DNA of 64,000 nucleotides from positions 125,426,001-125,490,000 of the forward strand of contig OZ024743.1 in the NCBI GenBank assembly GCA_964016885.1, given 5' to 3'. Positions within the stretch are counted from its first letter, which is position 1. Every line of letters starts with the position of its first letter. Below, piece by piece: positions 1-12,900 of this stretch. Under the pieces are notes generated by a model that saw nothing but the letters and a program-made list of their open reading frames with translations, ran no database searches and was not told the origin of the DNA. The position numbers and the translations under genes are program-made. The DNA comes from Eledone cirrhosa (taxonomy: Eukaryota).

Positions 1-205
1 ATGTCTCACTACCATGCAACATCGTGCATTACACACAGGCATCTTACAGCCAACCTATTGTTGTCAATAGAGGTAGTAGCTCCCTGAACTTTTTCCATTG
101 TGTTCTTATTTTAGTTACTATGCTCGAAGAACCTCCTCCTCCACTGCTAATTATATAACCTAGATAACAGATGTTATTAACTACTTCTACGGATCCTTCC
201 TGAGA
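1..205 (-). mobile_element. RTE family-1 fragment
   Basis: [22 protein letters not shown]. Confidence 0.8.
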
Positions 206-227
206 TTGGAAAAATTTAATTTCCACG

Positions 228-385
<158 letters not shown>

Positions 386-957
386 CCATATATTCCCTTT
401 GACAACATCGGTGGCATGGAGGAGGGAGATCGGTATGCATGGGTGACTATTGGTATTCTACAAATAACCTTGCCTGAACTTGTGCCTCTAGGTGCAAATA
501 CCATTGTCATTCGTGACCGAAGGGGTCCAGTATATATATATATTTGTTTGTAGAAGACCAGCAGTCACCCATGCATACCGGTCTCCCTTCTCCATGCCAC
601 CGATGTTGTCCTAGGAAAAGGCAATGGCCGATACAGCTTGGGTAAACAGGAGCAACATGAAATAAAGTGTCTTGCTCAAGGATACAACGCATCACACAGT
701 CTGGGAATTGAACTCACAACCTCACGATTGTAAGTTCAACGCTCTAACCACTAAGCCATCAACCATATACACATTATAAATTATACACATGAAAACTAAA
801 GTGCAACCTTAGATTTCATGATCTGACTAGACTGTATGATTACAATCAGTAATAAGCTAGTGCATCGTCAGGCATCCATTTTGAAATATCTGTACGAGAG
901 CATTATTTTCTTTTTATTGTCCCTCTCGCTATACACACACACACATACACACACATA

Positions 958-995
<38 letters not shown>

Positions 996-1187
996 ATCAT
1001 CACCACCATCGTTTAACTTCTATCTTCCATGCTAGCATGGTTTAGATGGTTTTGACCCATTTAGTGGAAAGTTGGGTTGGGTGACCGAGTCTTGCTCATA
1101 TAGGACTGTTTCTGGCTGATTTTCTACGGCTGTATGCCCTTCCTAACGCCAACCACATTTACAGGGTATGCTAGATATATATATTAT

Positions 1188-1574
1188 GGAGGCACATGGC
1201 TTAGTGGTTTGAGCATTGAGCTTGCAATCGAAAGGTTTTGAGTTTAATTCTCAGACCGGGTGATGTGTTGTTTCCTTGAGCAAGACACTTTATTTTCACA
1301 TTGCTCCAGTTGACTCAGCTGTAGAAATGAGATGATAGGGACTGAGGTCCATATCATTCCCCTGCAAAGTGGTCATGTAAGTGCCACGGAAAAAAAGCAC
1401 CCAGCACTCACTGTAAATGAGGTTGGTGTTAGGAAGGGCATCCAGCTGTAGAAATCAAGCCAAAATCAGTTCCCATATGAGCAAGACAAGGTCAGCCAAC
1501 CGGGCACTGCTCACAACAGGACAACCCGTCTAACCCATGCTAGCGTGGAAGAATGGATGCAAAACGGTGATGAT
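1188..1574 (+). mobile_element. tRNA-derived SINE family A with RTE-derived 3' tail
   Basis: A box TGGCTTAGTGG, B-box-like GAGTTTAATTC, core CCTTGAGCAAGACACTTT, tail shared with the RTE family-1 3' UTR. Confidence 0.85.
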
Positions 1575-1984
1575 ACATATATAATAGGTGCAGAGAGAGA
1601 GAAAGAGAGAAATACATATATACTTATATACACAGGCATGACTGTGGTTAAGAAGTTCAATCCTACTGTGCAACACATTGAGCAAATGCTTTCTATGATA
1701 GCTGCAAGTCAGCCAATCACACTGGAGTGAAATTTGATACAGGAAAACTAAAACCTGTCATATATGCCCAGTCAACATTGTAAAATGGCTGTGTTAGTGT
1801 CACGACAAAACACACCCAGTCCACACTGTAAAGTGGTCATTTAACATCCATTTTTCCATGCTAGGATGAGTTAGACAAGTTGTCCAGTTGTAAGACAAGT
1901 CAGATCAGATGACTGTGACATGCTCATACAGAACTGTTTCTGGATTGGTTTCTACAGCTGGATGCCCTTCCTAATGTCTACTAC

Positions 1985-2190
1985 ATTTACAGACTGGGTG
2001 CTTTTTATCATGACACCAAAACGACTACTTTACAGCGTGGACTGGGTGCTGTTTATCATGGCACCAAAACAACCACTTTATAGTGTGGGCTGGATGCTTT
2101 TTACCATAGCACCAAAATGACTACTTTACAGTGTGGGCTGAGCTCTTTTTGTCATGTCATCAACATGATCACTTTACAATGTGGATAGAT
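1985..2190. repeat. ~41-bp minisatellite inside an RTE-tail-derived repeat
   Basis: About 5 diverged copies of TTTACAG.GTGG.CTGGGTGCTTTTTATCATGGCACCAAAA.GAC.AC. Confidence 0.75.
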
Positions 2191-3039
2191 ATATGTATAT
2201 ATATATATATAAGTATATAGTTGAAAAAGAGGGTAAAGTTCAAAATTGAAGATTATTGGTAAAAAGTAAAGTTAGAAAAGCACCTAAATAAATTTAAAGA
2301 TTATTTTTTCTTTAATCCAACAGAATAAATATTTTTATATTTGTCACATTAAATGGATTTAAGTTTTATCAAATATTACAAATATTTGATAAAATTGATA
2401 TTTTATCAAATATTTAAAAAGTTTAATAGTTTGTGGGCTGTTAAACATGGGTAATTTCGCTCAGAGTATCTTCTTATATATATATTGCTACAATAAAATG
2501 ATAAAATGCACTCTGTAAAGTGTTCATACTGGTGCCACAATAAAAAACAACCATTCCACCCTGTAAAGTGGTAGTGCATGACTCACAATAAAATGCTCCT
2601 AGTACACATTATAAAGTGGATAGCATTAGGAAGGGCATCCAGTTACTGAAACAAGGCCAAATACAGAGTATATAAGTAAGATGTACTCATCTGACCAGTC
2701 TGGCCATAGTATATGGCCTGTCTAAACCATGCAAACAAAAAAATAGATGTTCAATGGCGATGATATATATGTGTGTGAGTGTGATGTGTGTTAGTGTGTG
2801 CGTGTATGTGTATGAGTGTGTGTGTTTTGTTTGTGTATACCAAAGTAAGTTATGCAAATACCTTGTAATAATTACATCACTGAAGGGATATAACTTAATA
2901 CATTGTTAAACTTAGCCACTCAATAAATAGAGAACGATAAGTATAATTGAGTACAACCACTGAATGTGGCATTGCAGCATGGCCACAGAACAATGACTTG
3001 AACTACTAAAAATATATATGAATATTCAAAATGTCTTAC

Positions 3040-3128
3040 TTTTTGTCCAATAGCAACAAGAAGATGCTTTGCAATTTTTTCAAAACAGAATTTACAATCT
3101 GCCATAGATTTTGACATTTTCTTATGAT
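3040..3128 (-). CDS. CWF19L2: CWF19L2 exon 13 ([30 protein letters not shown], start of CwfJ C-terminal domain)
   Basis: ttgcag| acceptor, |gtaaga donor, CxxC..KHLxVAIG motif. Confidence 0.94.
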
Positions 3129-4121
3129 CTGCAATGGAAAATGTAATTAAATAGACTTATTATATGAAATGTGTAAATTTAAATTCTGTCTATTTAAATA
3201 TACATATTTAAAGGCACAAGCATGGGTATAAGTGCAGACATAGTTCTATGGTTTGAAGTTTATTTCGCAATCAGTGGTAGTTTGGGTAAGTGCCTTCTAC
3301 AATATACCATGTGAATGAAATTGGCAAACAGAAACTATGCAGAAGCCTATCGCGCATACATACACACATACACACACATATACAATAGTACAAATTTGTT
3401 ATAAATATCCAAGTATCTAGAGCACTCGTTAAGAATAATCAGTTACAATAGTGACATATATAGATACTTAAGTTTCGTTCGGTTGTTTATCCCAACTCAT
3501 TCAGCCTGTCATAAAAAGAAACATGGATTCCCACTGTGGAGATTTTAGAAAATATAGAGGAGTTCTAAGGATAGGTAATCTTGAAATTATCTAAAAATAG
3601 ACAAATATCTTGAATAATGTAAGTGAAAAGGGCGGTAACTATAAAAAAAAACAAAAAGGTAGGCAACTTATTTTTTACTAGGAGCCTAGGTGTTAAGTTG
3701 AAAAGTTTAAGAAAATAAATTCATGAGGACAATGACTGAAGCAGTCAAGGTGTGTATTTAAGCAGCGTTTCCCTGAAGTCTGTTGCAAGAGTATATTCCA
3801 CTTCTCCAAGTTACACAGCTGGCAAAATTTTGTTCCATTGACATGGGTGGATCTTTCAGTATCCTCCATTTAATGAAGAACACTGTGTCGTTATTTTTGA
3901 GGTTCCACACATGGTTTGTGAGCTGAGTGGCATGTTTTTTGTCAGGATGAGTATCCATAAGGTATTTGTCTATTTATAGATAATTTCAGGATTACCTATC
4001 CTTAGACTCTTCTATACTTTCTAAAATCTCCATGATAGGAAGCCATTTTTCTTTTATGACAGGCAGAATGAGTTGGGATAAAAACCCAACGAAACTTAAG
4101 TACCTGCACATTGTAACTAAT

Positions 4122-4152
<31 letters not shown>

Positions 4153-6918
4153 GTTCACTCTGGATATCCAACCATAGAGATCACGGCCAGAATTTAACAT
4201 ATGAGCCCCAATGCAGTCATCAAACCTGTCTAGCCTTTGAACATGATAACCCATCTAACCCATGCAAGCATGGATAATACACATAATATGGTGATGATGA
4301 TTCACATATATATAATGGAGTGTGATGTTGGCAACAGCACACTCTATTTCCTTTAATTTGAAGAAAGGCTCCAGGGCACCAAACCTCAAAATATCATGAA
4401 ATATAACATAAAACAGTTAACTATTATTAGGTGTATTAATGATAATTCCTCGTTTCAGAAATGCAAACAAAGCCATAAAACCTATTTTCACAGAATATAC
4501 AGATGATAAATTTGCATCTCTATTAAACTAATAGTGATCGGAACTTACCAAATATTGCTCTCGCTTTCTGTAAATCAAATGTTTTAGCATCAGATTGATC
4601 TCTGGCAGCACTGGATATAAACATATCATCAACAGAATAGTCATCCGTAGTTTTTTCCACAGACTGAAGGAGGAAAATAAAATATAACATTATGAATATG
4701 TATATTGATTTTCATATAAAAATATACAAGAAAGGTAATTCATGGCAAAACACAAACATGTGAAATAAAATAGAGTCTTGAAATGTGTGTGTCCCAACAC
4801 AAATGACTATAATAATAGCCGATCACTACAAATAAAAGTTGAGAAAATTGGGTAAAATATTCCTAGAGACAAAACAGAGGACGGTAGCATTTTTTTTCGT
4901 CTCTGGGAGCGTTTTCCTGACAGTAGTTAACCTGGGGCTATCATAGAAGATTCTTGCTTAAAGTATTGTGCAGTGGTTTGGTGGAGTTCTGCCTCTTTCA
5001 ATCTGAGTTTAAATCCCACCAAAGTTAACATTGCCCTTTCATACTTCAGAGTCAATAAAATAAAGGGCTGTAATAATCCAGAACAATGGTTTTGTGGAAT
5101 TGTTAGAGATTTGGATAAAATGTCCTGTGATATTTGTTCCAGCTCTTAGTATTCTGAGTTCAAATCTCATAGTGGTCTACTTGGATGATAGGCTTAATCT
5201 ACCACACAGTTTAACCCTACTAACTGATCCTTAGTGTCTTCAATGGAGTCACTCTGTTGTAATTATTAAGGCCAGGTCTCCAGTTTGAGAATACTGTCTT
5301 CCCTTCCTCTCCCCTTCTCTTGTTCCAAGTTTCAGAGGCCCTGAAAAAGGCCCTTCTCTCCATAACTAAACAATAAAAAAGTAAATTCAATAAATCTGTG
5401 ATTCAGCAATAACACTGACAAGGATTCCAATTACATAAGTAAAACATATCAATAATATCAATGTAAACCTACCCTGCCAGCAAGCCGAGCAAACATACTG
5501 TTCTGGTCTTCTGCTGTACTCATTTTTTCACGTTGGACCTAAAATTAAGCAAGTCAAAATTGAATAAACTGTACATTTTTTAGATATTTCAGAAATTTCA
5601 TACAAATAAGATTATGCACTAGAAACTAAATGGCATAAAATCAGGAATCTTACTAAATTCTTTAAATCAAATTTATCATCATCATGGAAATATTTCTGAC
5701 GGTGTCCTCCTTTGCTGTGAGTCTCTATCTGGAAATATAACAAAAAAGGAGCCTTCAGCCTCATGAGATGAAACAAATTTACATTAACCCTTTTGATACC
5801 AAACCACCTGAAACCACACCTATTTCTATGACATAAAGATGTTTGTTTTAAAATGTTTAGATTTATCTAAAAAAAACTTCAATCATAATTTTACGTAAAA
5901 ACTGTTTAGTTAGGCTCTAAACACTAGCTTAATAATAAGAATTTTGATTGTTTTCAAAATTATTTGAAAAACATAGGCAATGTCTTTCATTAGAAAAATA
6001 GTAACAAAAGGTTTAAGAACAATTAAGTTAGTTTACAACCTATGGAATATCCATCTAATTCAGTGATTTAAACTGTGATAGAACTGTTGCTTGATCCACT
6101 GGAAATAGTAGACAAATCTCCTTCAAATCCCATTCTTAAAAAAAGATGTTATGGTCATGACTGATTCCAAAACATTCATCAACATCTAGTTTTCTAAGTG
6201 ATCACTAAACTATAGAGTGTGGTACCATGTCAAAACACTTCTTCAATGAATGTTTTAGGGTAGGGGAAAGTCGATTAAATCGACCGCAGTATGTTACTGG
6301 TGCTTTATTTTATCGACCTCGTAAGGATGAAACGCAGAGCTAACTTCGGTGGGATTTGAACTCAGAATGTAAAGGACCATAATTCTATGCTGCTAAGCAT
6401 AATGTCCAATGCTCTACCGATTCTGACAATCCACTGACCTTGCTTTTTGCTAAGAATGCTCCTGGTGAGAGGACATCAATAATATACTGCACCTATTATA
6501 AGTTAAATTTTTTAATAATTAGTTAAAAACTATAACTTTACTTGATACTTTTATAACTTGATTCATAAGTTTGATATCTCTGTAGTTGTTTCTTTCTAGA
6601 GCAATTCCTTTGCCATTGTAGCAGCTGATGGAGATACTGCTACACCAACCATTGAGAAAGAAGCCCTTCATGATCAAGTGAGTAACTAATGTATATCCTA
6701 TGTTGCCGATATTTTCAGCATCAATGACAATTTCCAATGGTCTAGATGCTTTCCCTGCATATATACCCTTAATGACAATTTTACCTATAGAGCTGTTGAT
6801 ATCAATGGATATAAAAAGGAATGTTGTTATTGAGATTATACACATACAGACGCACAAATATATATATATATGATGATGATGATATATAAATGGAAAATGG
6901 ATGAAACAGTGATGATCA

Positions 6919-6962
<44 letters not shown>

Positions 6963-9900
6963 ATGATGATGATATATAAATGAAAAATGGATGAAACAGT
7001 GATGATCATGATATATATATGTATATATATCATTTTATCATCATCATTATTTTACGTCTGCTTTTTCCCTGCTTGTAAGGGCGGGACGGGAACTGATTCT
7101 GGCTTGATTTCTACAGCCGGATGCCCTTCCTAACACCAACCTCATTTACAGTGAGTGCTGGTTGCTTTTTTTGCCGTGGCGCCTACACGTCCACTTTACA
7201 GTGGAATCATTTCTACAGCTGAGTAAACTGGAGCAATGTGAAATAAAGTGTCTTGCTCAAGGAAACAACATATCACCCGGTCTGAGAATTGAACTCACAA
7301 CCTACGATTGCAAGGCCAATGCTCCAACCACTACGCCATGTGCCTCCATTATATATATATATATATATGCTCTGGTGCAATAAGTAGCAGCAAATGCCAG
7401 AAGAATACTAGCTCATTCCATTGCCAGATGGTTCTATAGAAATAGTGGACACTTTCCGTTACCTGGGTGACAAAATCACCAGTGGTGGAGGGTGCTCCGA
7501 AGTACTGTAGCTAGAGTCAGAATGGGATGGAAAAAGTTCAGAGAGCTTATACCACTATTGGCCGCTAAAGGTTTCTCTCTAAAACTGAAAGGCAGGCTGT
7601 ATGATGCCAGCATACAAACAGCGATGTTACATGGCAGTGAGACATGGGCCTTGTATGTAGAGGATCTACGCAGACTGGAGAGGAACGAAGCTTGCATGCT
7701 CCGTTGGATGTGTAATAGTAATATACGCGAACGGCAAAGCATAAATGAACTAAGTGAGAAATTAGGAATAAGAGGGATCAGATGCTGCTTACTCGAGAGA
7801 AGACTACGTTGGTATGGTCACGTGATGCGCATGAAAGACGACAGCTGTATAAAAAAGTGCAGGGCGATCAAAATAGACGGTAGCTACGGAGTAGGCAGAC
7901 CCAGAAAAACCTGGGACGACTTGAAAAATTCCGATCTCACACACTTACACCTCTCCAAGACAATGTCACTGGACCGAGATCTTTGGCGCTACGCAGTAAT
8001 ACAGAAGACCTTGCCTAAGTACAAAGCGAAACCTACAGTCAGTAGGCACCTCTTAACCAAAATATATCCCCATCCCATTAACACTACCCCCCACGCCATC
8101 TACACCACCCCTTTCTCTGTAAAGTTATGTTGGTACCACAACATCCAGTCCTAAATAAATGAGGTCGTGTAGATGTCACGACAAAAAAAACACACAGTCC
8201 ACGCTGTAATGTGGCCGTGTAGGTAACACGGTAAAAACCTCCCAGTCCACACTGTAAACGTGGTTGGTGTTAGGAAGGGCATCCAGCCGTAGAAAACCCG
8301 CCAGACAGTCCCGAGCAAGACAACCAATCTTGCCTCAAATGGGACAATTCCCGTCCAGACCCATGGTAGCATGGAAGATGGACGTTAAACGATGATGATG
8401 GTGATATATATATATATATATATATATAAATTATATATATATATATATATATATGATGATATATAAATGGAAAATGGATGAAACAGTGATGATCATGATA
8501 TATATCATCATTTCATTTTACATCCGCTTTTTCCCTGCTTGCAAGGGTAGGATAGGAACTGATTCTGGCTTGATTTCTACAGCTGGATGCCCTTCCTAAC
8601 ACCAACCTCATTTACAGTGAGTGCTGGGCGCTTTTTTGCCGTGGCACCTCCACGACCACTTTGCAGTGGAATGATATGGACCCCAGTCCCTGTCATCTCA
8701 TTTCTACAGCTGAGTAAACTGGAGCAATGTGAAATAAAGTGTCTTGCTCAAGGAAACAGCACATCACCCGGTCTGAGAATTGAACTCACAGCCTTTCGAT
8801 TGCAAGGCCAATGCTCTAACCACTAAGCCATGTGCCTCCATATATATATATGTATATATAGGTTGATGGCATCACAATACCATGAGGTGCTTCACGTATG
8901 CATGGTACTAGAACATCATGCCACACACTTTCCTACTCAATGATAACTGTAGTTAAATAGTTGCAGAGTATTTCATCAATGGAATCGGTAGTGGGAAGCA
9001 AAATTGAGAAACAATTATAGGGTAATCAACAAACGTCTAATATGATCGGTGACTAATGATAATCAAATCATTCAATGAAGACATCATTATTGATATATCC
9101 CACAAATTAATATGGTCATACACAAAGATTAATATAGCTAACATTAAACAAGCGATAATCAGGTCAGCCCTATCATCATCATCACCATTTAAATGTCCAT
9201 TTTGCCATGCTGGCATGGGTTAGATGGGTTGCCCAAGTCATGAGAAAGTCTGGCCAATTGGCTGCACCGTATCTTGCTCATAACATATTTATCTTCCTTC
9301 CCTACTTCACTTAAGTAATGACTCAGCCTGTGAAGACCCATCCAACCTTTACTAGCAGAGAAAACAGATATTAAATGATGATGATGATGATGATGATATG
9401 TGTATATGATTATCATCATCATTCATATCATTACAACTACAATCCACTCTCTGATCAATATTGAGTCAACAAAAAGCTATTCATGTTTGAATGGTATGAT
9501 ATAAAAACAGTAGATTTACTATTTTTTTTCTTTTCTTTTTTCCTGCTGGTACATTTTCTCCAGAGTTCATCATTGGCCAAGCAACACCACTACGGTCAAT
9601 GTGTGTTAAAAGAACATCTTCTGCTTGGATTTTACTTGATTGCTTTTTCACTGCCTCTTGATTTTGTGCCCGAGCTTCTTTGGCAGCATTTAATTTGGCT
9701 TCTAATTCTTTCATTAGATCCTGAAATCAAAGAAAATTACTGTTAATGTCTGATGTTTTATATGATATTTATTTTCACACAACCTTTCTTCAATTATACT
9801 TGAGAGAGAGAAAGAGATTGTGTGTCTGTGTGTGTATGATAAATGCTTTTTTTTTTTTTTTTGCAAATACTAAATGAAAACAGCTAATATGAAGGGAAAT

Positions 9901-12900
9901 AACTCCTGCTACAACCTATGTCAAAACAAAATTCTATAAGCTATGTTTGCGTGTTTGGAACCCCTTTTTTAAAAAAATCATAAGCAGTGCTCTTCCTCTC
10001 CTGGAGCGAAAGAACACTTCCCATGACTTTTGAAGGATTTTCTAGACTGAAGAAAGTTATGTAGTGGTAAATGCTCAATTTGAACAGTTTTTTTATTTGC
10101 TAAGGTCTAGAGCAGGCATAGGCAACCTTTTTGAGAAGTGGGGGCTGCATGAGATATGGCTCATCATCAGGCGAGCCGCAAGCGCTAATTTACATTCGTG
10201 CCAACATTAAAAAAAGGGCGGTAACTCAGGTTGTTTTGATTTCTTTCTTCAGAATTCGTACACGTTGTTTTCCTCGATCGTAAAAATGATAAAGATAAAT
10301 TACGACTGAAAAGTTGGGGTAAAAAAATCAGAAAGATTTCACTTAGATGATTTAGGTGAGCCATTCAGAAAGCTTCCCGGGCAACAGGTTGCCCGTGACT
10401 GGTCCAGAAGAAGGGACTGTGCCCGTGAATTTTAAAGGCTCTGCAAAACCCATGAGATTGATGCAGTTGATGTTCGGTTTAAATTGTTAGATTGATTCCT
10501 GCAGGAAAAACATGTGCAAGGAGAGAATTCCAGAGGAATCATGTTCTGAGGAGGAAGGACTAAGCGTATTGGCTAGTGCAGTGCCTGGGGGATTAGACAC
10601 AATAAAGATGATGAGAGGAGGAGAGACAAATGAGGAGTACCTCAGTCGAGGTGACATAATGTCACCCAGTTCTGATGAGCAGAGGCCATATAGTAGCAGT
10701 AGAAAAGGTAGAAAGAGTAGTCAAAACATGTATGGGTCAAGATGCAGTCAAGGATGCATGTGTGTCCCAGATGAGGGAGAGTACTCCAGTGGGGATAATG
10801 TCTGCAGGACAACTAAGGACAGAGATGAGAATTGGGGTTCCAGTCTGAATGCTTGGTCAGAATGAACATCATTAAAAGCACTAAAGGACAAAATAAGTAG
10901 TGGCATTAAATTGGGCTATGTGTTAGGCTTACCACCCATTTAGACATAGTCAGTGTTTTGTCAATATGGAACTTTTTTAAATGGTTAGTCAGGAAAAAAG
11001 AGTAATGCCCATGACCCTTTTCAAGGCTTTTGAAAACCTGGGAGGGAGAAAAGAAGGTAGATAAGTATCCTCAAATGAGAGATGTAACTCAAATGCTTGT
11101 AACATAATAGATTCAAGGTCCAGGTAGCAGTGTTAAATTGGATGATGGATTAAGTATAAAACCCAAGTAGGCAACAGCAAGATTTGAACTCAGAATGCAA
11201 AAAGCACCAGAATAAATACTAACAATTCCATGTAGTTCACTGCTCCGGTACTTTATTTATCTATCTCAGAAAGACAAACAGTAGAGCTGACCTAGACGGA
11301 GTTTGAATTCAGAACACAAAGAATTGGAATAAATACTTACAAGGCATTTTGACCAATGCCCCTAACAACTCTGCCAACTTGCCAGTGTGAGCTACAACAG
11401 CAACAAAAACAAATATGTTTGGACAACTGTTTCATCCATCTTATCAGTTATAAAAATACTCTTTGCTACTTACTTCATCCCCCATAAGTTCAGCTCTAAG
11501 AATTTTTGCCGATATATCATTCATCTGATCTTCAGTGAGGATAACAGCAATTTCTTCTTCTTCTTCTTCCTCATCTTTCATATCCTTCTCTTTTTCTCTG
11601 TCGTCTGCACCACTAGCAGAAGATGATGAATTGCTACTGCTGGAGCTTGAATCTTTTCAGAATAGAAGTTAGAAATACCTGTTCAGTTCAATTTTCATTA
11701 AAATATAAAAAATAATATAGTTATTCACCACTACCACTAACAATGCTACCCCACTGTTTTAATGTCAATTTTTCACACTTGCATGGGTAAGATGGGTTGT
11801 CATGCTTTGAGGCTAAACAAGCAGGTCAGACAACTGTGTCTGGCTCATACATTCCATTTTGACATGGTTTCTACAGCCAGATGCCCTTCCTAAGATCAAC
11901 CACTTCACAGCGTGTACCAGGTTTATTTTCTCAAGGTACTAATTATTGCAGTGGATTCACAGTATCGGTAGATGGTCGAACACCATGCTTTGCAGCATAG
12001 AGTTATGGCGCTTTACAGTCTGAATTAAAATCCCGCCGAGGTTAACTTTGCCTTTCAACCCTTACAGGAGTTGATAAAATAAAGTACCAGTAATGCACTG
12101 GGATAATTGCTAGCCTTGTGTCAAAAGTAGAAACAATTATTATTATTATAACAAAAAGCCAGAAGAGCGGCTAAAATTTTGCAAAGTTCAAAATGTTAAC
12201 CAAGGAGTTAGCGATGAGGTTGGGGCTTGTCATTGGTAGTATAGTAGGTGAGACACAGACATACGCCCTTCCAAAAAGATCCATCCACAACAACCTCTAC
12301 CTTATGCGATACATAATAGAGAGGGTAACAAAGGAACCTGGCAACAGAGTGAGATAGATGGATGTTACAGATGTGATGAAAGCTTTGTTTAAGATGTACC
12401 TAGTTGGATGGAAGCTGGCAGAAAAATGAGAGAGGGAGACCACAAGAAACATGGGTAAGAAAAATGCAGCAGGAAGCAGATGAACAATATTAGGATGATT
12501 TAACAGGGAGGGCAAAAGATTAGGGTGTTTAGTGAAAATACTTTGAAGCTTTACAGACCCCTATGAATGCAAAAGGGTTAGAAAAATAACAAGACAAGAA
12601 ATACTGGTGAATATTTATAACCTACCAGAAGAATATTTTCTTTGCCTTCTAGGCTTACTTCCTACAATGAAACTTTCTTCGGCTTTTTTGACATCCTTTA
12701 AATCAAGAGATGGCTGTGATATATTCTGCTTCTTCCACCTTGGAACACTACTAGAGTCAGAATATGAATAATCACGTCTTTTAGAAGTTTCAGGACTATC
12801 ATCATGTTCAGTGGGTTTAAGAAACTGTGATCTTTTGGAACCAGAAGTTGAATTTCTTTCAAAATATTTCATTGAAGTTTTACCATAATCTGCATTGTGA

